A stretch of 64,000 nucleotides of DNA from an uncultured virus (IMG/VR IMGVR_UViG_3300020048_000035) (lineage: Duplodnaviria; Heunggongvirae; Uroviricota; Caudoviricetes): IMG/VR virus record IMGVR_UViG_3300020048_000035; one strand, 5' to 3'. Made by a program: the position numbers and the translations under genes. Below are positions 1-10,340 of the stretch, in pieces. A model generated the notes under the pieces. The model was not told the DNA's origin, made no database searches, and worked only from the letters and a program-made list of their open reading frames with translations. Position 1 is the first letter of the stretch. Every line of letters starts with the position of its first letter.

Positions 1-945
1 TACATAATTGTGTTTAATCTCTGTTAAGATACTGACTAACTGTTCTTTGGTTAATCCATGTAAATTGACTAAACTACTAAACCGACCAATAAACTCTGGA
101 ATCATGCCATATTTTACCAAATCATCAGGGGAGGCAACATTATTTTCTGACATTTCTGATTTAGCAATATCAGCATTAAATCCCATTGATGTTCCTTGTA
201 GTCGGCTTTTTATGATTCCATCTAGTCCAACAAAGGCACCGCCAGCAATGAATAAGATATTAGTTGTATCAATTTCCACTGTAGTTTCACTACGACGCCC
301 ACCTGTTGGGCTAATCTTTATCTTAGTTCCTTCAATTAACTTTAGCAGAGCCTGCTGAACACCTTCACCTGATACATCTCTACTAACAGTTGCGCTTTCA
401 CTTTTTCTGGCGATTTTGTCTACTTCATCTAAAAATATAATACCACGTTGTGTTCGTTCAATGTCTGAGTCGGCGTTTTGATATAGTCTTAGAATAACAG
501 ACTCAACGTCATCTCCAACATATCCTGCTTCGGTAAGAGTAGTAGCATCAGCCACGACAAAAGGAACATTCAGATATTTTGCCACTGTACTAGCCAGTAA
601 TGTTTTACCAGTTCCAGTTGGGCCAACTATCAAGATGTTAGATTTATCAATTTGATTGTTGACATTACCAATACGTTTGTAATGGTTAGTAATAGCTACT
701 GATAACACTACTTTGGCACTATCTTGCCCTACAACATACTGATCAAGATATGCTTTGATATCATGTGGATCTGGTATTTCTACTGAAGAAATAAGTTTTC
801 CTGATCCTTGCTTATTTTTTATTAATTTATCGCATCCCTCAACACAAGTGTTACAAATAGCTACATCATCACCTACAATAAATGTCCCAACTGAATTTTT
901 ATGTTTGCCACAAAATGAACAATGCTCAATTTTTTTCTCTGTCAT
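1..945 (-). CDS. clpX: ATP-dependent Clp protease ATP-binding subunit ClpX (runs off window edge)
   Basis: Manual translation from ATG 945: zinc-binding CSFCGK..C..C, Walker [25 protein letters not shown], Walker [23 protein letters not shown]. Missing from the ORF track. Confidence 0.95.
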   Translation of the reverse strand, partial: MTEKKIEHCSFCGKHKNSVGTFIVGDDVAICNTCVEGCDKLIKNKQGSGKLISSVEIPDPHDIKAYLDQYVVGQDSAKVVLSVAITNHYKRIGNVNNQIDKSNILIVGPTGTGKTLLASTVAKYLNVPFVVADATTLTEAGYVGDDVESVILRLYQNADSDIERTQRGIIFLDEVDKIARKSESATVSRDVSGEGVQQALLKLIEGTKIKISPTGGRRSETTVEIDTTNILFIAGGAFVGLDGIIKSRLQGTSMGFNADIAKSEMSENNVASPDDLVKYGMIPEFIGRFSSLVNLHGLTKEQLVSILTEIKHNYV

Positions 946-946
946 G

Positions 947-2563
947 CTATCCTAGTTTGCTTACATTTTTAAGTTTAGCTGAAATATGTTCACGCTCAAT
1001 ATCATTTAATAAATCAGGATCATATTCACCTGACCCAATTTTCTCAATAAGATGACTAATATAAGCATCATCATATACGTAACTATCACTTAGATTTTTA
1101 TTTACTGTAATCCATTGAGTACCATTGAATTTGTAAAGGGTGCTTGGTAATTTATCTACCCTCAGAAACATATCTCCCTTGCTTGCAAATTTAGGAAATG
1201 TTGTGCCAAATTTGTTTGTTTCAGATGGAGCAGGATCATTATCAGCTTCTAATCTTAGTCTGAGAGTAATTAAATCTCTGTCGCTTAAGTTCAGCTTGTT
1301 AACATGATCCATGTGATCCCATGGCAATTCTGTTATTAATCCTGCGTCAAATTGTTCAATGTATTCTTTGAACGTTTTTCCAGGATTTTCATTTTTCCAT
1401 AATGACATTGCATATTTTTGCAGTTCATTTCCGTAAGGTTTAATATCGTCAAATAAACTTGTTTTAGCAATTAAGTTACCAACTGGCAAATCTTTACTCG
1501 CCACTTCTTTTATCTGTGTAACTTGCTCATTAGTTAACGGCCCATTATCTGCCTCATATGCGGGAGCAATAGGGTTTTGTTTTAGTTGTTCATTAAGCTC
1601 ATGGATTTTTGAGTTTGCGTTCATTAGTTGGACAATTTTATCTTTATAATCCTGTTCAAATTCCTTAGACTTGTTAGCTACTACATTAATCTTATCTACT
1701 AGATTATTATTTTCCTGGGCGAGAGATTGATTTTCATAGGCAAGATTTTTCAGCTGTTCTTCATACTTTGCTTTATCAACCTTAGGTTCTTCCTTTTTCT
1801 TTTTCTTTTCTCGTTCCCAGCCTATGCCTTTAGTAGCAGCCAGTAGTAATGTTATCGCAAGTGGATCAAATACAATAACAATTAATATGATTACCCAACG
1901 TACTGCTCGTTCTAGCGCATTGACATCTGGATTATCATCATAGACAAGGGCAGCAATATATTTAAGCGGCCCTACTTCAGCTTCTACCTTACGAAGATCC
2001 TTTGATATTACTGCTTTTTCTTCATTGAGTTTTGCGATTTCAATTTGCGCTTTGCTAATATCATCCGCAAGTTTCGCCCTATCTTTGGCCTGTTGGTTTC
2101 TGAGGTTGTTGGCGTTTCTAGCACCTTGCTCGTTGGTACTTCTGGCGAGGACTTGATCAACTGCACCATCCATTTGAGAAAGAACTTTACGAGCTGCATT
2201 AATGTTCTCTTTTTGTGTTTGAAGTTTAGTATCTACCAATTCAACTTGAGCAGCAATATCGCCGGTCGGAACTGCTTGGTCAGAGTGTGCTTTAGATAGG
2301 AATCCAAATACACCCATCGAAGTCATTACCATTAAAACAATTACCGCAAATGACAAATACAGCTTATACCTTAGTTCAGCAACTAACCAATATTTGTGTA
2401 ACCATAGTGTGGTTACAATTTTGCCGAATTCCAGTGATCCACCAAGTATAACAATTGGCCAATAGGCAGCAGAAAATATAGCTGTTAGCCCCAAAATTGA
2501 ATATACTGCTGCTGATATACTGATCACCAGCGCAGTTAGTAAAGTTATTAATCCAAATATCAT
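947..2563 (-). CDS. Membrane protein with N-terminal TM helices and long coiled coils
   Basis: 538 aa; three hydrophobic N-terminal segments, coiled coil, fourth TM ([14 protein letters not shown]); TAAATA box 4 nt upstream. Confidence 0.8.
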   Translation of the reverse strand: MIFGLITLLTALVISISAAVYSILGLTAIFSAAYWPIVILGGSLEFGKIVTTLWLHKYWLVAELRYKLYLSFAVIVLMVMTSMGVFGFLSKAHSDQAVPTGDIAAQVELVDTKLQTQKENINAARKVLSQMDGAVDQVLARSTNEQGARNANNLRNQQAKDRAKLADDISKAQIEIAKLNEEKAVISKDLRKVEAEVGPLKYIAALVYDDNPDVNALERAVRWVIILIVIVFDPLAITLLLAATKGIGWEREKKKKKEEPKVDKAKYEEQLKNLAYENQSLAQENNNLVDKINVVANKSKEFEQDYKDKIVQLMNANSKIHELNEQLKQNPIAPAYEADNGPLTNEQVTQIKEVASKDLPVGNLIAKTSLFDDIKPYGNELQKYAMSLWKNENPGKTFKEYIEQFDAGLITELPWDHMDHVNKLNLSDRDLITLRLRLEADNDPAPSETNKFGTTFPKFASKGDMFLRVDKLPSTLYKFNGTQWITVNKNLSDSYVYDDAYISHLIEKIGSGEYDPDLLNDIEREHISAKLKNVSKLG

Positions 2564-2570
2564 TATGTAT

Positions 2571-2987
2571 TTAGCTCCATGTTCTATGTACTTCTTCTAC
2601 CCACTCTAGACCGTCATACTCAGCGACATTCCATTTGACTTTGGCGGGTACTTCTACGATCTTTAGTTTAGCATGAATACCATCGGCTTTGCTACCTAAT
2701 TGGCGAATTACGTCAACTAATATAGGATCATCTCGCTCAATATCATTGTCACGCCAATTTCTTCCATTAACTTCGACCTGCGGACCGTACAATGACTCTG
2801 TATGCCTATCTGGTCCTGCGACAAGAGTATAGGCAATTCCTGCTCGTTCTAGGTAAAGTAGTCTTGCTTCTTTGCTTAGTCCGAATCCGCCATGCTGCGT
2901 GTTAATTACAATGTATTGTATTCCACGCAAGTGGCGAATAAGATCTTCATGTTCCGGATTTGTCATTTCTTTTAGTAGTCTTGCCAA
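2571..2987 (-). CDS. Hypothetical phage protein
   Basis: 138 aa ORF in operon; VINxxHGGFGLS and EYDGLEWV motifs typical of a small phage family. Confidence 0.7.
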   Translation of the reverse strand: MARLLKEMTNPEHEDLIRHLRGIQYIVINTQHGGFGLSKEARLLYLERAGIAYTLVAGPDRHTESLYGPQVEVNGRNWRDNDIERDDPILVDVIRQLGSKADGIHAKLKIVEVPAKVKWNVAEYDGLEWVEEVHRTWS

Positions 2988-3216
2988 CAGTTATAATTGC
3001 GCCACGGTAATACCAATCGCCACCAACTTCATCATTGGGGCGATTTACTACTTTTCTAAAACTTGTGCCAGGACGATTTTTAGCATCTAAGGTAAACTCA
3101 TAGAATTCCTCTGGTGTTAGGATATATTCTTCCACCGGACCTGACGCAGTAGCATCGGCATGTGCTAGTTCTAGTTGTTCAAAAATGTTAAACTTTCTTC
3201 TTTTTACCTTCATCAT
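2947..3216 (-). CDS. Hypothetical protein
   Basis: 89 aa ORF, AAGGA SD upstream. Confidence 0.6.
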   Translation of the reverse strand: MMKVKRRKFNIFEQLELAHADATASGPVEEYILTPEEFYEFTLDAKNRPGTSFRKVVNRPNDEVGGDWYYRGAIITVGKTTKRNDKSGT

Positions 3217-3225
3217 AATTCCTTT

Positions 3226-3654
3226 TTAATTGGTTGGGATAGCCCATTCGGTATTACCCAAAATGTTATTAAGGGTGTCCACCGTAATACCGCAGTTCAA
3301 ATCTTTTAGCAATACACTACGGCATAGTTGATTCCATTCAATACTATCAAATTCCTTACTTATTTCCTCAATACGAACACGAGCATTCTTTCCAGTAATG
3401 CTTCGTGTCCGTAATCCTTCCAGCAAAGCCCAAAACTTAGGCCACGGATTGGTCATATGCTCTAACCCTGATGTTTCTGGAACTTTTTTGACACCGAATA
3501 CATAATGAGGATTATATGCTTGGTAGCAATTAAACAAGAAACATTTGGCATTTGATGATCCTAATTTTGCTGCCAGTAACGCTTTTTCAATTACCCTTTC
3601 ATGGTTAGATGTGCTATTCTCACTTTGAAGATCCCTAATCCAATCTGCCGCCAA
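3226..3654 (-). CDS. Stand-alone N-terminal domain of a T4 gp30-type ATP-dependent DNA ligase (no adenylation domain)
   Basis: Probable TTG start at 3654; YNP..FGVK.VP, LRTRSITG, W..R.VLLKDLNCGI resemble the phage ligase N-terminal helical domain; stops before any KxDG. Confidence 0.6.
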   Translation of the reverse strand: MAADWIRDLQSENSTSNHERVIEKALLAAKLGSSNAKCFLFNCYQAYNPHYVFGVKKVPETSGLEHMTNPWPKFWALLEGLRTRSITGKNARVRIEEISKEFDSIEWNQLCRSVLLKDLNCGITVDTLNNILGNTEWAIPTN

Positions 3655-3658
3655 TTTA

Positions 3659-4081
3659 CTACCAGCTTGAGTTATAAAATACTTTAAGACCAAGAAAAAC
3701 TTCTGCCTTGGCTTTCTGAATAAAATACAAATCGTCTTGTTTGTAGTGGTCGTCAGAATCATCACCAAAAAAGAATCCCTTTGTTTTCGGTAGAGTTCCA
3801 GCATTAACATCGGCTTCTAACTTATCAAGGTCTTCCCATGTAAGTTCTAGTTCGATATTATTGAATACCTCTCCCGTCTCTTCATCGGTTCCTGGATTTT
3901 TTTCTACCCAAAGTCGTTCCATCCAACCTTGGAGATTCGGATGTTTGCGCCAATATGCTAATTCAGTAGGCTTCCTAAGTTTTGTTGGATCATCCTCGGC
4001 TTTTTCGTAATTCTCATCTTCATAGTATTCATCATAAGCGCCTGCTTTTGCAGCAACATATGCGTATTGATCTAATCCCAT
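3659..4081 (-). CDS. Hypothetical phage protein (MGLDQY family)
   Basis: 140 aa; YWRKHPNL.GWM and C-terminal YNSSW motifs common in phages. Confidence 0.75.
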   Translation of the reverse strand: MGLDQYAYVAAKAGAYDEYYEDENYEKAEDDPTKLRKPTELAYWRKHPNLQGWMERLWVEKNPGTDEETGEVFNNIELELTWEDLDKLEADVNAGTLPKTKGFFFGDDSDDHYKQDDLYFIQKAKAEVFLGLKVFYNSSW

Positions 4082-4791
4082 TATAACACCTTTACACGGT
4101 TAAGTTGAGTGGAGTCAGGGCGATGTGCTTTGACTGTTCCTTTGATTGTAACTATTGAGCCAGTATCTAATTCATGATTGTACGCAAATGATAATACTTT
4201 ACGAGTATCGACCGTAATAGCACGAACAAAGGTACAATTATATTGCTGACTGAACATTTTTTTAACGACTTCAATTTGGCACTGTACCTTGGCACCAATT
4301 TCAGCTAGTGGACTAGTGTCAGTACCCCACATTTTATCTTCTTCTGCAATGCCAAGTCGGTAGCTACGAATTTGACTGGCAATGGTGGCAATTTCTAACT
4401 TGTGTACTTCTAACGCAAACTCGTCCATGCCAGCAGCCTTAGCTAAGTTATCTTCAAAGCCAGACAATGGACGCTTGATAGCAGTCATTAAGGTACGACC
4501 TTTGTGCCAGTCACGGGCGAGTTTACCCATTTCGTAGTCTGCTTCGGTAATAGCTTTGTTAACGTTGGCTCTATCCAGTTCACGATACATAATCGTGCGA
4601 TTTGGCTCATGTGTGATCTCGCCATCTTTGTACTGAGTTTCTTTGAAGTAAAGGCCACCATTGACTCGGTCAGCATAGGCAGCAGTTGCCCATACCTGAT
4701 CGGCTTGAACTAAATTAACCACAATAGGAATTTTTTTGTTCACTGGTTTACGATATGCGAAAGGCGTACTACGAGCTTGAAAGTTATACAT
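4081..4791 (-). CDS. Early protein with probable C-terminal OB fold
   Basis: 236 aa; C-terminal GTVKAH..TQLNRVKV beta pattern; consensus sigma70 promoter upstream. Confidence 0.7.
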   Translation of the reverse strand: MYNFQARSTPFAYRKPVNKKIPIVVNLVQADQVWATAAYADRVNGGLYFKETQYKDGEITHEPNRTIMYRELDRANVNKAITEADYEMGKLARDWHKGRTLMTAIKRPLSGFEDNLAKAAGMDEFALEVHKLEIATIASQIRSYRLGIAEEDKMWGTDTSPLAEIGAKVQCQIEVVKKMFSQQYNCTFVRAITVDTRKVLSFAYNHELDTGSIVTIKGTVKAHRPDSTQLNRVKVL

Positions 4792-4821
4792 AACAACACC
4801 TTGTTAATTAATCATGTAGCT

Positions 4822-4850
4822 ATTATAGCCAACATAAAATTAACTGTCAA
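4822..4850 (-). promoter_or_regulatory. Sigma70 early promoter
   Basis: TTGACA-17 nt-TATAAT, perfect consensus. Confidence 0.9.
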
Positions 4851-4866
4851 GCTGTTTTATATAAAA

Positions 4867-5178
4867 TTATACCGGATCAGGTTGTCTAACTGGTTCCGGA
4901 GGTTTAACTCTACGTTGAGCACGTGCTTTGCGTTTTCTTTCGGCATTTGCGGTAGGACTTAGTTGTCCTGCTATTTTACCACCCCTACCTGCCCCACGAG
5001 TGTTATTAGCGGCAGCATAGTTAATAAGCGTGCCATTGTTAAAACTTCTACTCGGAGTGTAAGCTCTGGTATCGTCGTTGGCTTGGCTCCATTCATCTCC
5101 AGCTTTATGTCCGCTGCAATCTTTGGTACAAATACTGCCTTTGTAGGATAATTCTGTTATGAATTCTGTGGCTCTCAC
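4867..5178 (-). CDS. Putative internal head protein
   Basis: 103 aa; N-terminus MRATEFITE resembles the T4 capsid-targeting sequence. Confidence 0.6.
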   Translation of the reverse strand: MRATEFITELSYKGSICTKDCSGHKAGDEWSQANDDTRAYTPSRSFNNGTLINYAAANNTRGAGRGGKIAGQLSPTANAERKRKARAQRRVKPPEPVRQPDPV

Positions 5179-5179
5179 T

Positions 5180-6574
5180 TTAGCAGTTCCATTTTCTTAA
5201 TGATTTATTAATTCTTGAATCTGGATCACGAGCTGTTTTAGCCGAGGTATTTGCTTTTTTCATGCCTTTCATCCTCGCACAAAAACTCTTTCGGCGGTTA
5301 GCTGCTTTGCCACCTTTCTTTAATTTACTGGGTTTAGTAGTTACTGCTGTTTTTAATTTACTTCCAGGATGTTCTCTACGATAACTATTAACACCCTTTT
5401 GATTAAGCCCACCATTTTTATTCTTGCCAGATGACTTTTGCCATGCTGCTGTTTCTGACAGTAATTCACCATCGGAAACTGTTTCAAATAAGTCCCATAT
5501 TGTGTCAGAATCTAATCCATGTTGTTCAGCAAGGTGATCTACCATTGCTTCAACCGCATCAAATTGCCGATTTAATTCTTCATCTATGGATTCTTTTTTT
5601 GCTGCCGCATTAATTGATTTGAAATCTGAGTTAGAAGGAGCACCTTTACTACCTGGCTTACGCATATGTTCGCCACTACCATGTTTAATACGGTTTTGTT
5701 TGGCATGTATATTAGCCCATAATCCTGGATTTTTTTCATTAATCTGTGTATCGATTTCTTCGTCAATATCAGGATTACCAATTTGTTCTGCTACGCTATT
5801 CATATGGTCGTTGCATACAGTCACGTAGCTATACATCCAGCCGTCTAGGTTAATACCTTGTTCTAGCGCCCGTTGAATATGTGTTGCGTTATCAATAATA
5901 GCTTGTATTTCGCCTTTGGCCATACCGTCGATTTGGTCGTCTTCTGACATGTGTTTAGGTTTGACATGATTTTTTGCCCAACCGCCAACTGGGGTTTCTT
6001 TTGCTTTGTATTTTCTATAATCTACGTCAGCTTTAGCTGCTGCAACGGCAGTTGGATTTATACTATTGCCTTTAGCAACATGAGCAGTTTTTAAATAATC
6101 ATTTCTTATTTTATTTTCTCGTGCTCGTTGCAATGCTGCAATAGTTTTTGGGTCATTTATATCAAAATTGTCTTTTGCGTTAATTACATTGTCTGATCTT
6201 CTGTTGGCAACCCTGTTAACTAATTTGTTTGACAATTCATTTAATGAGCCTTCCTCCACACCTTGCGATTCATTGGGTACACAGGCACGCACCTGCCCGC
6301 CGTTTTTGCCCTTTTTAGTACCTTCTGCGTGTTTGTTTGGCCAGCATTTAGTAAATCCGTTGCTGTCTTTTTGACCTTTTTTAATTTCATTAAGACTGCC
6401 GTGTGTTTTACACATGCCACAATCTTCACAGGTCATTTCCATTTCAATGGATTCGTTGTGTTTCTTTTTGCCGGCACAATGCGCCTTTTGACTGAAGCCT
6501 TTGGGGTGGCTACAGTTTATGCTGCTTTTGTATTTTTGGCTCCAGCCTTCGTTGATAAATTCGTTTGATTTCAT
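5180..6574 (-). CDS. Mosaic basic protein, putative internal head polyprotein
   Basis: 464 aa; MKSNEFINE start; short Lys/Cys-rich modules separated by acidic ..NE/..SE linkers; late promoter upstream. Confidence 0.7.
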   Translation of the reverse strand: MKSNEFINEGWSQKYKSSINCSHPKGFSQKAHCAGKKKHNESIEMEMTCEDCGMCKTHGSLNEIKKGQKDSNGFTKCWPNKHAEGTKKGKNGGQVRACVPNESQGVEEGSLNELSNKLVNRVANRRSDNVINAKDNFDINDPKTIAALQRARENKIRNDYLKTAHVAKGNSINPTAVAAAKADVDYRKYKAKETPVGGWAKNHVKPKHMSEDDQIDGMAKGEIQAIIDNATHIQRALEQGINLDGWMYSYVTVCNDHMNSVAEQIGNPDIDEEIDTQINEKNPGLWANIHAKQNRIKHGSGEHMRKPGSKGAPSNSDFKSINAAAKKESIDEELNRQFDAVEAMVDHLAEQHGLDSDTIWDLFETVSDGELLSETAAWQKSSGKNKNGGLNQKGVNSYRREHPGSKLKTAVTTKPSKLKKGGKAANRRKSFCARMKGMKKANTSAKTARDPDSRINKSLRKWNC

Positions 6575-6582
6575 AATAATAT

Positions 6583-6590
6583 TATTTATA
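6583..6590 (-). promoter_or_regulatory. T4-like late promoter
   Basis: TATAAATA, 8 nt before ATG 6574. Confidence 0.8.
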
Positions 6591-6596
6591 AAAAAA

Positions 6597-7553
6597 TCAA
6601 GTTGTTGGCGGCAACGGATATGGATACTGAGATGGAATTAAAGTTGCCTCTTCCGGCGGTGGATTTGGCTCCACTGGAACATTACTGGTAGTAGCAATAC
6701 CAGTTGAAGTAATATTGGACTGTCCTTGTCGTAATGCCGCTACTAGGGTTTGCCCTGTTAAGTTAGTAAGATCAGCCACTGATTCCAGATACTGAAATGC
6801 TCCATTAGCCGCTGTATCTTGCCCATATTGAGGCAAGGCCAATACAAAACTATAAATTGGAGGATTACTATTAGGAGTTAGATTAGCAAAGTCAATGGAT
6901 GCGCTTTTTTGTATAGTTTTTTCATGATTCAATTGTGTCATCATGCCGTTCCAGTTTGTGTTTATACTGGTAGTTTGACTTGGATATGCGGCAATAATAT
7001 TGGGTATAACATTCGAGTTAACTGACGGAATAAGACCAGACCCACCTGTGCCAGCATTGGCATTTGCTTCTTGCCCAGAAAAAGCAGCAGTAATATTATC
7101 ATATGTGCCAGCAGCAGGTCCTGTGGAAATTGTAATTGGACCGGTGGCAGGGCCATATGACCCATTTGCCGTGGCTGTCATATCGGTGTATATATTGGCA
7201 AGGTTAGACAAATCCATTGAGTTCATCAGTGTAATTACATTGGTGAACGCAGACGTAACTACTATTCCTGCCGCAATTCCCATACTATCGTTAATAGTAA
7301 GTGTACCATTAGGCCCTGATCCTATACCCAGTGTATTAGAAATATTGTTTGCCACAGCCGGATCTACCGCAGTTTCTTGAGCATTAACCAACGGCAATCC
7401 AAAATTTGTTTGTATATTACTAACAGCATTGGCTAGCCTAGGCAAATTTAATGTTGAAATATTGGTAATTTGCTGTAGTGCCACCGATAACGCTTTGTTA
7501 GCCAATGCTTGGTCTGGTGGAATTATTTGGCTTAATTTGTCTAATGCGGTCAT
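6597..7553 (-). CDS. Putative baseplate/structural protein
   Basis: 318 aa A/T/N/G-rich, coupled in the PAAR operon. Confidence 0.55.
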   Translation of the reverse strand: MTALDKLSQIIPPDQALANKALSVALQQITNISTLNLPRLANAVSNIQTNFGLPLVNAQETAVDPAVANNISNTLGIGSGPNGTLTINDSMGIAAGIVVTSAFTNVITLMNSMDLSNLANIYTDMTATANGSYGPATGPITISTGPAAGTYDNITAAFSGQEANANAGTGGSGLIPSVNSNVIPNIIAAYPSQTTSINTNWNGMMTQLNHEKTIQKSASIDFANLTPNSNPPIYSFVLALPQYGQDTAANGAFQYLESVADLTNLTGQTLVAALRQGQSNITSTGIATTSNVPVEPNPPPEEATLIPSQYPYPLPPTT

Positions 7554-8545
7554 GATATTGTGTTTAATGCTATAGTTGGCAAATACTGTTGTGCGGTAGC
7601 GTTAACTGTACCAGTAGGAGTTATGTAGATGTTTTGTTTAACACCATTAATTCCTGTAAATGTTAGAGTTTGAAAACTTGTGGGAAATATTTTGTAGGGA
7701 TTCAACAAATCAGCCATTGTATTAATATTAGCTGTAGTAACACCCAGTATTTGTAATATTTCAGTCAGTGAAGTTCCTGTAATTTTTGTCATTGCGGTAT
7801 ACATAGCTTTTTGATCTGACTCAGAGGCAACAACATTTGGTGATGATAAATTTATTACCACATCTAAACTAACACCTTCATTTGAAAAAGCCAATGTAAG
7901 ATCCGGAGTAACTCCGCCCAATGATGCAAGTTGTTGAACTAATGCCAATGGTGTTCCTAGTTCAGGAAGATTCTTAAGATTAATCAATCCACCTAGGTTA
8001 GCAAGATCATTTCCCCATTGTTCAGTACATATATTGACACTGGTAATTCCTCCGCTAACCATATTATCAGCATTGGTATAAGTGCCTGCTAGGTAATTTT
8101 GGCTGTTAACCGCTGAATTCACAAAGCTATTAGTAATTCCATTATAACCAACTAGTGCTCCAAATCCCTGACAAAATATACTTAAATCTGGACTTCCCCC
8201 TATGGTTTGTTGTCCCATATATGAATAGCCAGTTTCTAACAATAAATTTGAAAATAATACATTTCCTGGGTAAACAATATTGCCAGAGTATGGTGGTATA
8301 CTATCACCAAGAGCGGCGCAAGTATTTGATCCTAATGTATATAATTGTAGAAATACAGGTTCAGATAATTGTGGTACAATACTAGCCGCCGCGATTGCTT
8401 CGTTTAGCGCAGTCATGTAAGGTAAGTTATTAAACTCTTCTACTTGAGTTATAAATTCAGCATTAACACTTATTCCTTGATTATCAAGTAATCCTGATGT
8501 AACAGTTAATTGGAATGGAGTTAGTAAACTAGGTGCTTGCGCCAT
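7550..8545 (-). CDS. Putative baseplate/structural protein
   Basis: 331 aa, directly downstream of the PAAR gene. Confidence 0.55.
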   Translation of the reverse strand: MAQAPSLLTPFQLTVTSGLLDNQGISVNAEFITQVEEFNNLPYMTALNEAIAAASIVPQLSEPVFLQLYTLGSNTCAALGDSIPPYSGNIVYPGNVLFSNLLLETGYSYMGQQTIGGSPDLSIFCQGFGALVGYNGITNSFVNSAVNSQNYLAGTYTNADNMVSGGITSVNICTEQWGNDLANLGGLINLKNLPELGTPLALVQQLASLGGVTPDLTLAFSNEGVSLDVVINLSSPNVVASESDQKAMYTAMTKITGTSLTEILQILGVTTANINTMADLLNPYKIFPTSFQTLTFTGINGVKQNIYITPTGTVNATAQQYLPTIALNTIS

Positions 8546-8820
8546 TATCCTATCCTAACATTGGGGCTAGCATTAACTCTAGAATGACCGCAGCTATCAA
8601 CATCGGATGCGCTTACCACAGGTTGTCCGCCTGCACGAACGGACGACGATCCAGCTACTGTGCGAGCATTGGTGTGTGGCGGTTTGTTATTTGGATGTGG
8701 AGTAACGCTAGCACCAGAAACAACAACTGGAATACCGTTGACTCGTACTGTAGCAACTCCGCTCATAGGAACGCCTCCGCATGAATTTGGGTCTGTCATT
8801 CTAACAACTCCACCTGCCAT
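8545..8820 (-). CDS. PAAR-repeat spike tip protein (gp5.4-like)
   Basis: 91 aa; VRVNGIPV, GSSSVRAGGQPV, D..SCGH with metal-binding Cys/His. Confidence 0.85.
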   Translation of the reverse strand: MAGGVVRMTDPNSCGGVPMSGVATVRVNGIPVVVSGASVTPHPNNKPPHTNARTVAGSSSVRAGGQPVVSASDVDSCGHSRVNASPNVRIG

Positions 8821-8823
8821 ATA

Positions 8824-9123
8824 TTATCCTAAAATAAGTTTTTTGCTGGGTACATCAATTCCGGTAGTAACTTTAATGTATCTCTGCCTAACACTATCTT
8901 CAGTTTCAGCAAACATTGCGATGTGTTTAATATTTAGTGATACTTTTGTCCCCGGTTCTGAAGTAAAAATGCCTTGCATTAATGCTGGACCCTGCGGACT
9001 AGGTGCTACTGCCAATGGTTCTGTGATATAGAGATAGTCTGCGTCTGAACTTAATACTTTTGTGACTATTTCTTCGCCTGATGCCATTTTAAATGTGTAT
9101 ACTTCGTTGTCTTTAATTTCCAT
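8824..9123 (-). CDS. Conserved T4-like hypothetical protein (Sm-like fold probable)
   Basis: 99 aa; KMASGEEIVTK motif. Confidence 0.65.
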   Translation of the reverse strand: MEIKDNEVYTFKMASGEEIVTKVLSSDADYLYITEPLAVAPSPQGPALMQGIFTSEPGTKVSLNIKHIAMFAETEDSVRQRYIKVTTGIDVPSKKLILG

Positions 9124-9124
9124 A

Positions 9125-9367
9125 TTATCCTTTTAACTCTGTCCAAAATTCTTCTGGCTTACTAGCCAATCCTTGATATCCACCCTGAATTAATGTTGTA
9201 CCATTAAAGATCTGTGGTACACTACGCAATCCTTGCTCAACCAAATAGTCTCTGGCTTCTGTGCGAATACCTACATTTACTGTAGTATATTCAATACCTT
9301 TACTTTCTAATAATGCCTTGGCGCGATCACAAAACGGGCAATCGTCCTTGGTATAAACTGTTAACAT
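9125..9367 (-). CDS. Glutaredoxin
   Basis: MLTVYTK start; CPFC active site, SVPQIF, GGY. Confidence 0.92.
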   Translation of the reverse strand: MLTVYTKDDCPFCDRAKALLESKGIEYTTVNVGIRTEARDYLVEQGLRSVPQIFNGTTLIQGGYQGLASKPEEFWTELKG

Positions 9368-9423
9368 ATTATTCCTTACAATGTTGTATTTTAGCACAAT
9401 ATTTAGTGGATTACTAGTAGCAC

Positions 9424-9452
9424 TTGACATTTAATTCATTCTAACCTATACT
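9424..9452 (+). promoter_or_regulatory. Sigma70 early promoter of the plus-strand island
   Basis: TTGACA-17 nt-TATACT; AGGA SD then ATG 9481. Confidence 0.85.
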
Positions 9453-9480
9453 ATTTGTATTATAATCAATAGGAATAATT

Positions 9481-10340
9481 ATGGGCGGTAATGTATTTGC
9501 TGACAAGACAGCACCAATTCTTAGGGAAAATATCACTCCTACACTAACGGCATACTTTGCCGATATCTTTTTGCATGACTGCCATCATGTCATTATATTT
9601 TTGATACACATAATGATAATTTATCAAATCAATTAAAATCGTGGAACCTTACAGTTTCCGAGTTTGAAGAAACATTCAAATTATTAAAGAGCCGAGCAAG
9701 AACAGCATCGGATGATCAATTGCGTATGAAGGCATTTTTACTAAACCTGGTTCGCTATATCAATCTACATGCTCCCAATATTCATTGTGATGAAACGAAA
9801 GTAACAGACAGCAGCATATTTGGATACTATCCACAAAAAGACTTGAATGGTAATGACACAGGTGAATGTGTTCAGATTGATTGGATGATTGGCGATCTAG
9901 ATTGGCTACGGTTCAGTTACTATTCAGCGGCGTATCCGGATGATTCTAATGTAAAAGGTCTACATCGCACACAGCTAATGTTGTCTTCGTTCCAAGTCGC
10001 TGACTTATCATTTAGTCATGGCATTGGCGTTAGAGATAAAACTACTAAGGAATGGTTAGCAACTAATCCAGTACGAGCATTGGAGATTCTTAATGAACGA
10101 TTAGGCACCACACTTACCACTGATATTGTGGCAGACTACTATGTGCTTAGTGAAACTCTGGTTAAACAATTAGATTCTGAAAAGTACAGTAAGATGCTTG
10201 ACACATACTTCAAGATTTTAGATTCTACTAGAGCTGACATTCCTGATAATTTACAAGAGGAATGGATTGGACGCAAGGATCGGTTAGTATTAACAGGAAA
10301 GTTTTTACCAGAATATTCTAAATTAAAGGTGATGATATGA
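9481..10340 (+). pseudogene. Disrupted nucleotidyltransferase-like gene
   Basis: MGGNVFADKTAPILRENITPTL.. from 9481 stops at about 9636; a different frame open from 9579 carries the body (..VQIDWM..); no GS/DxD motif present. Confidence 0.6.
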
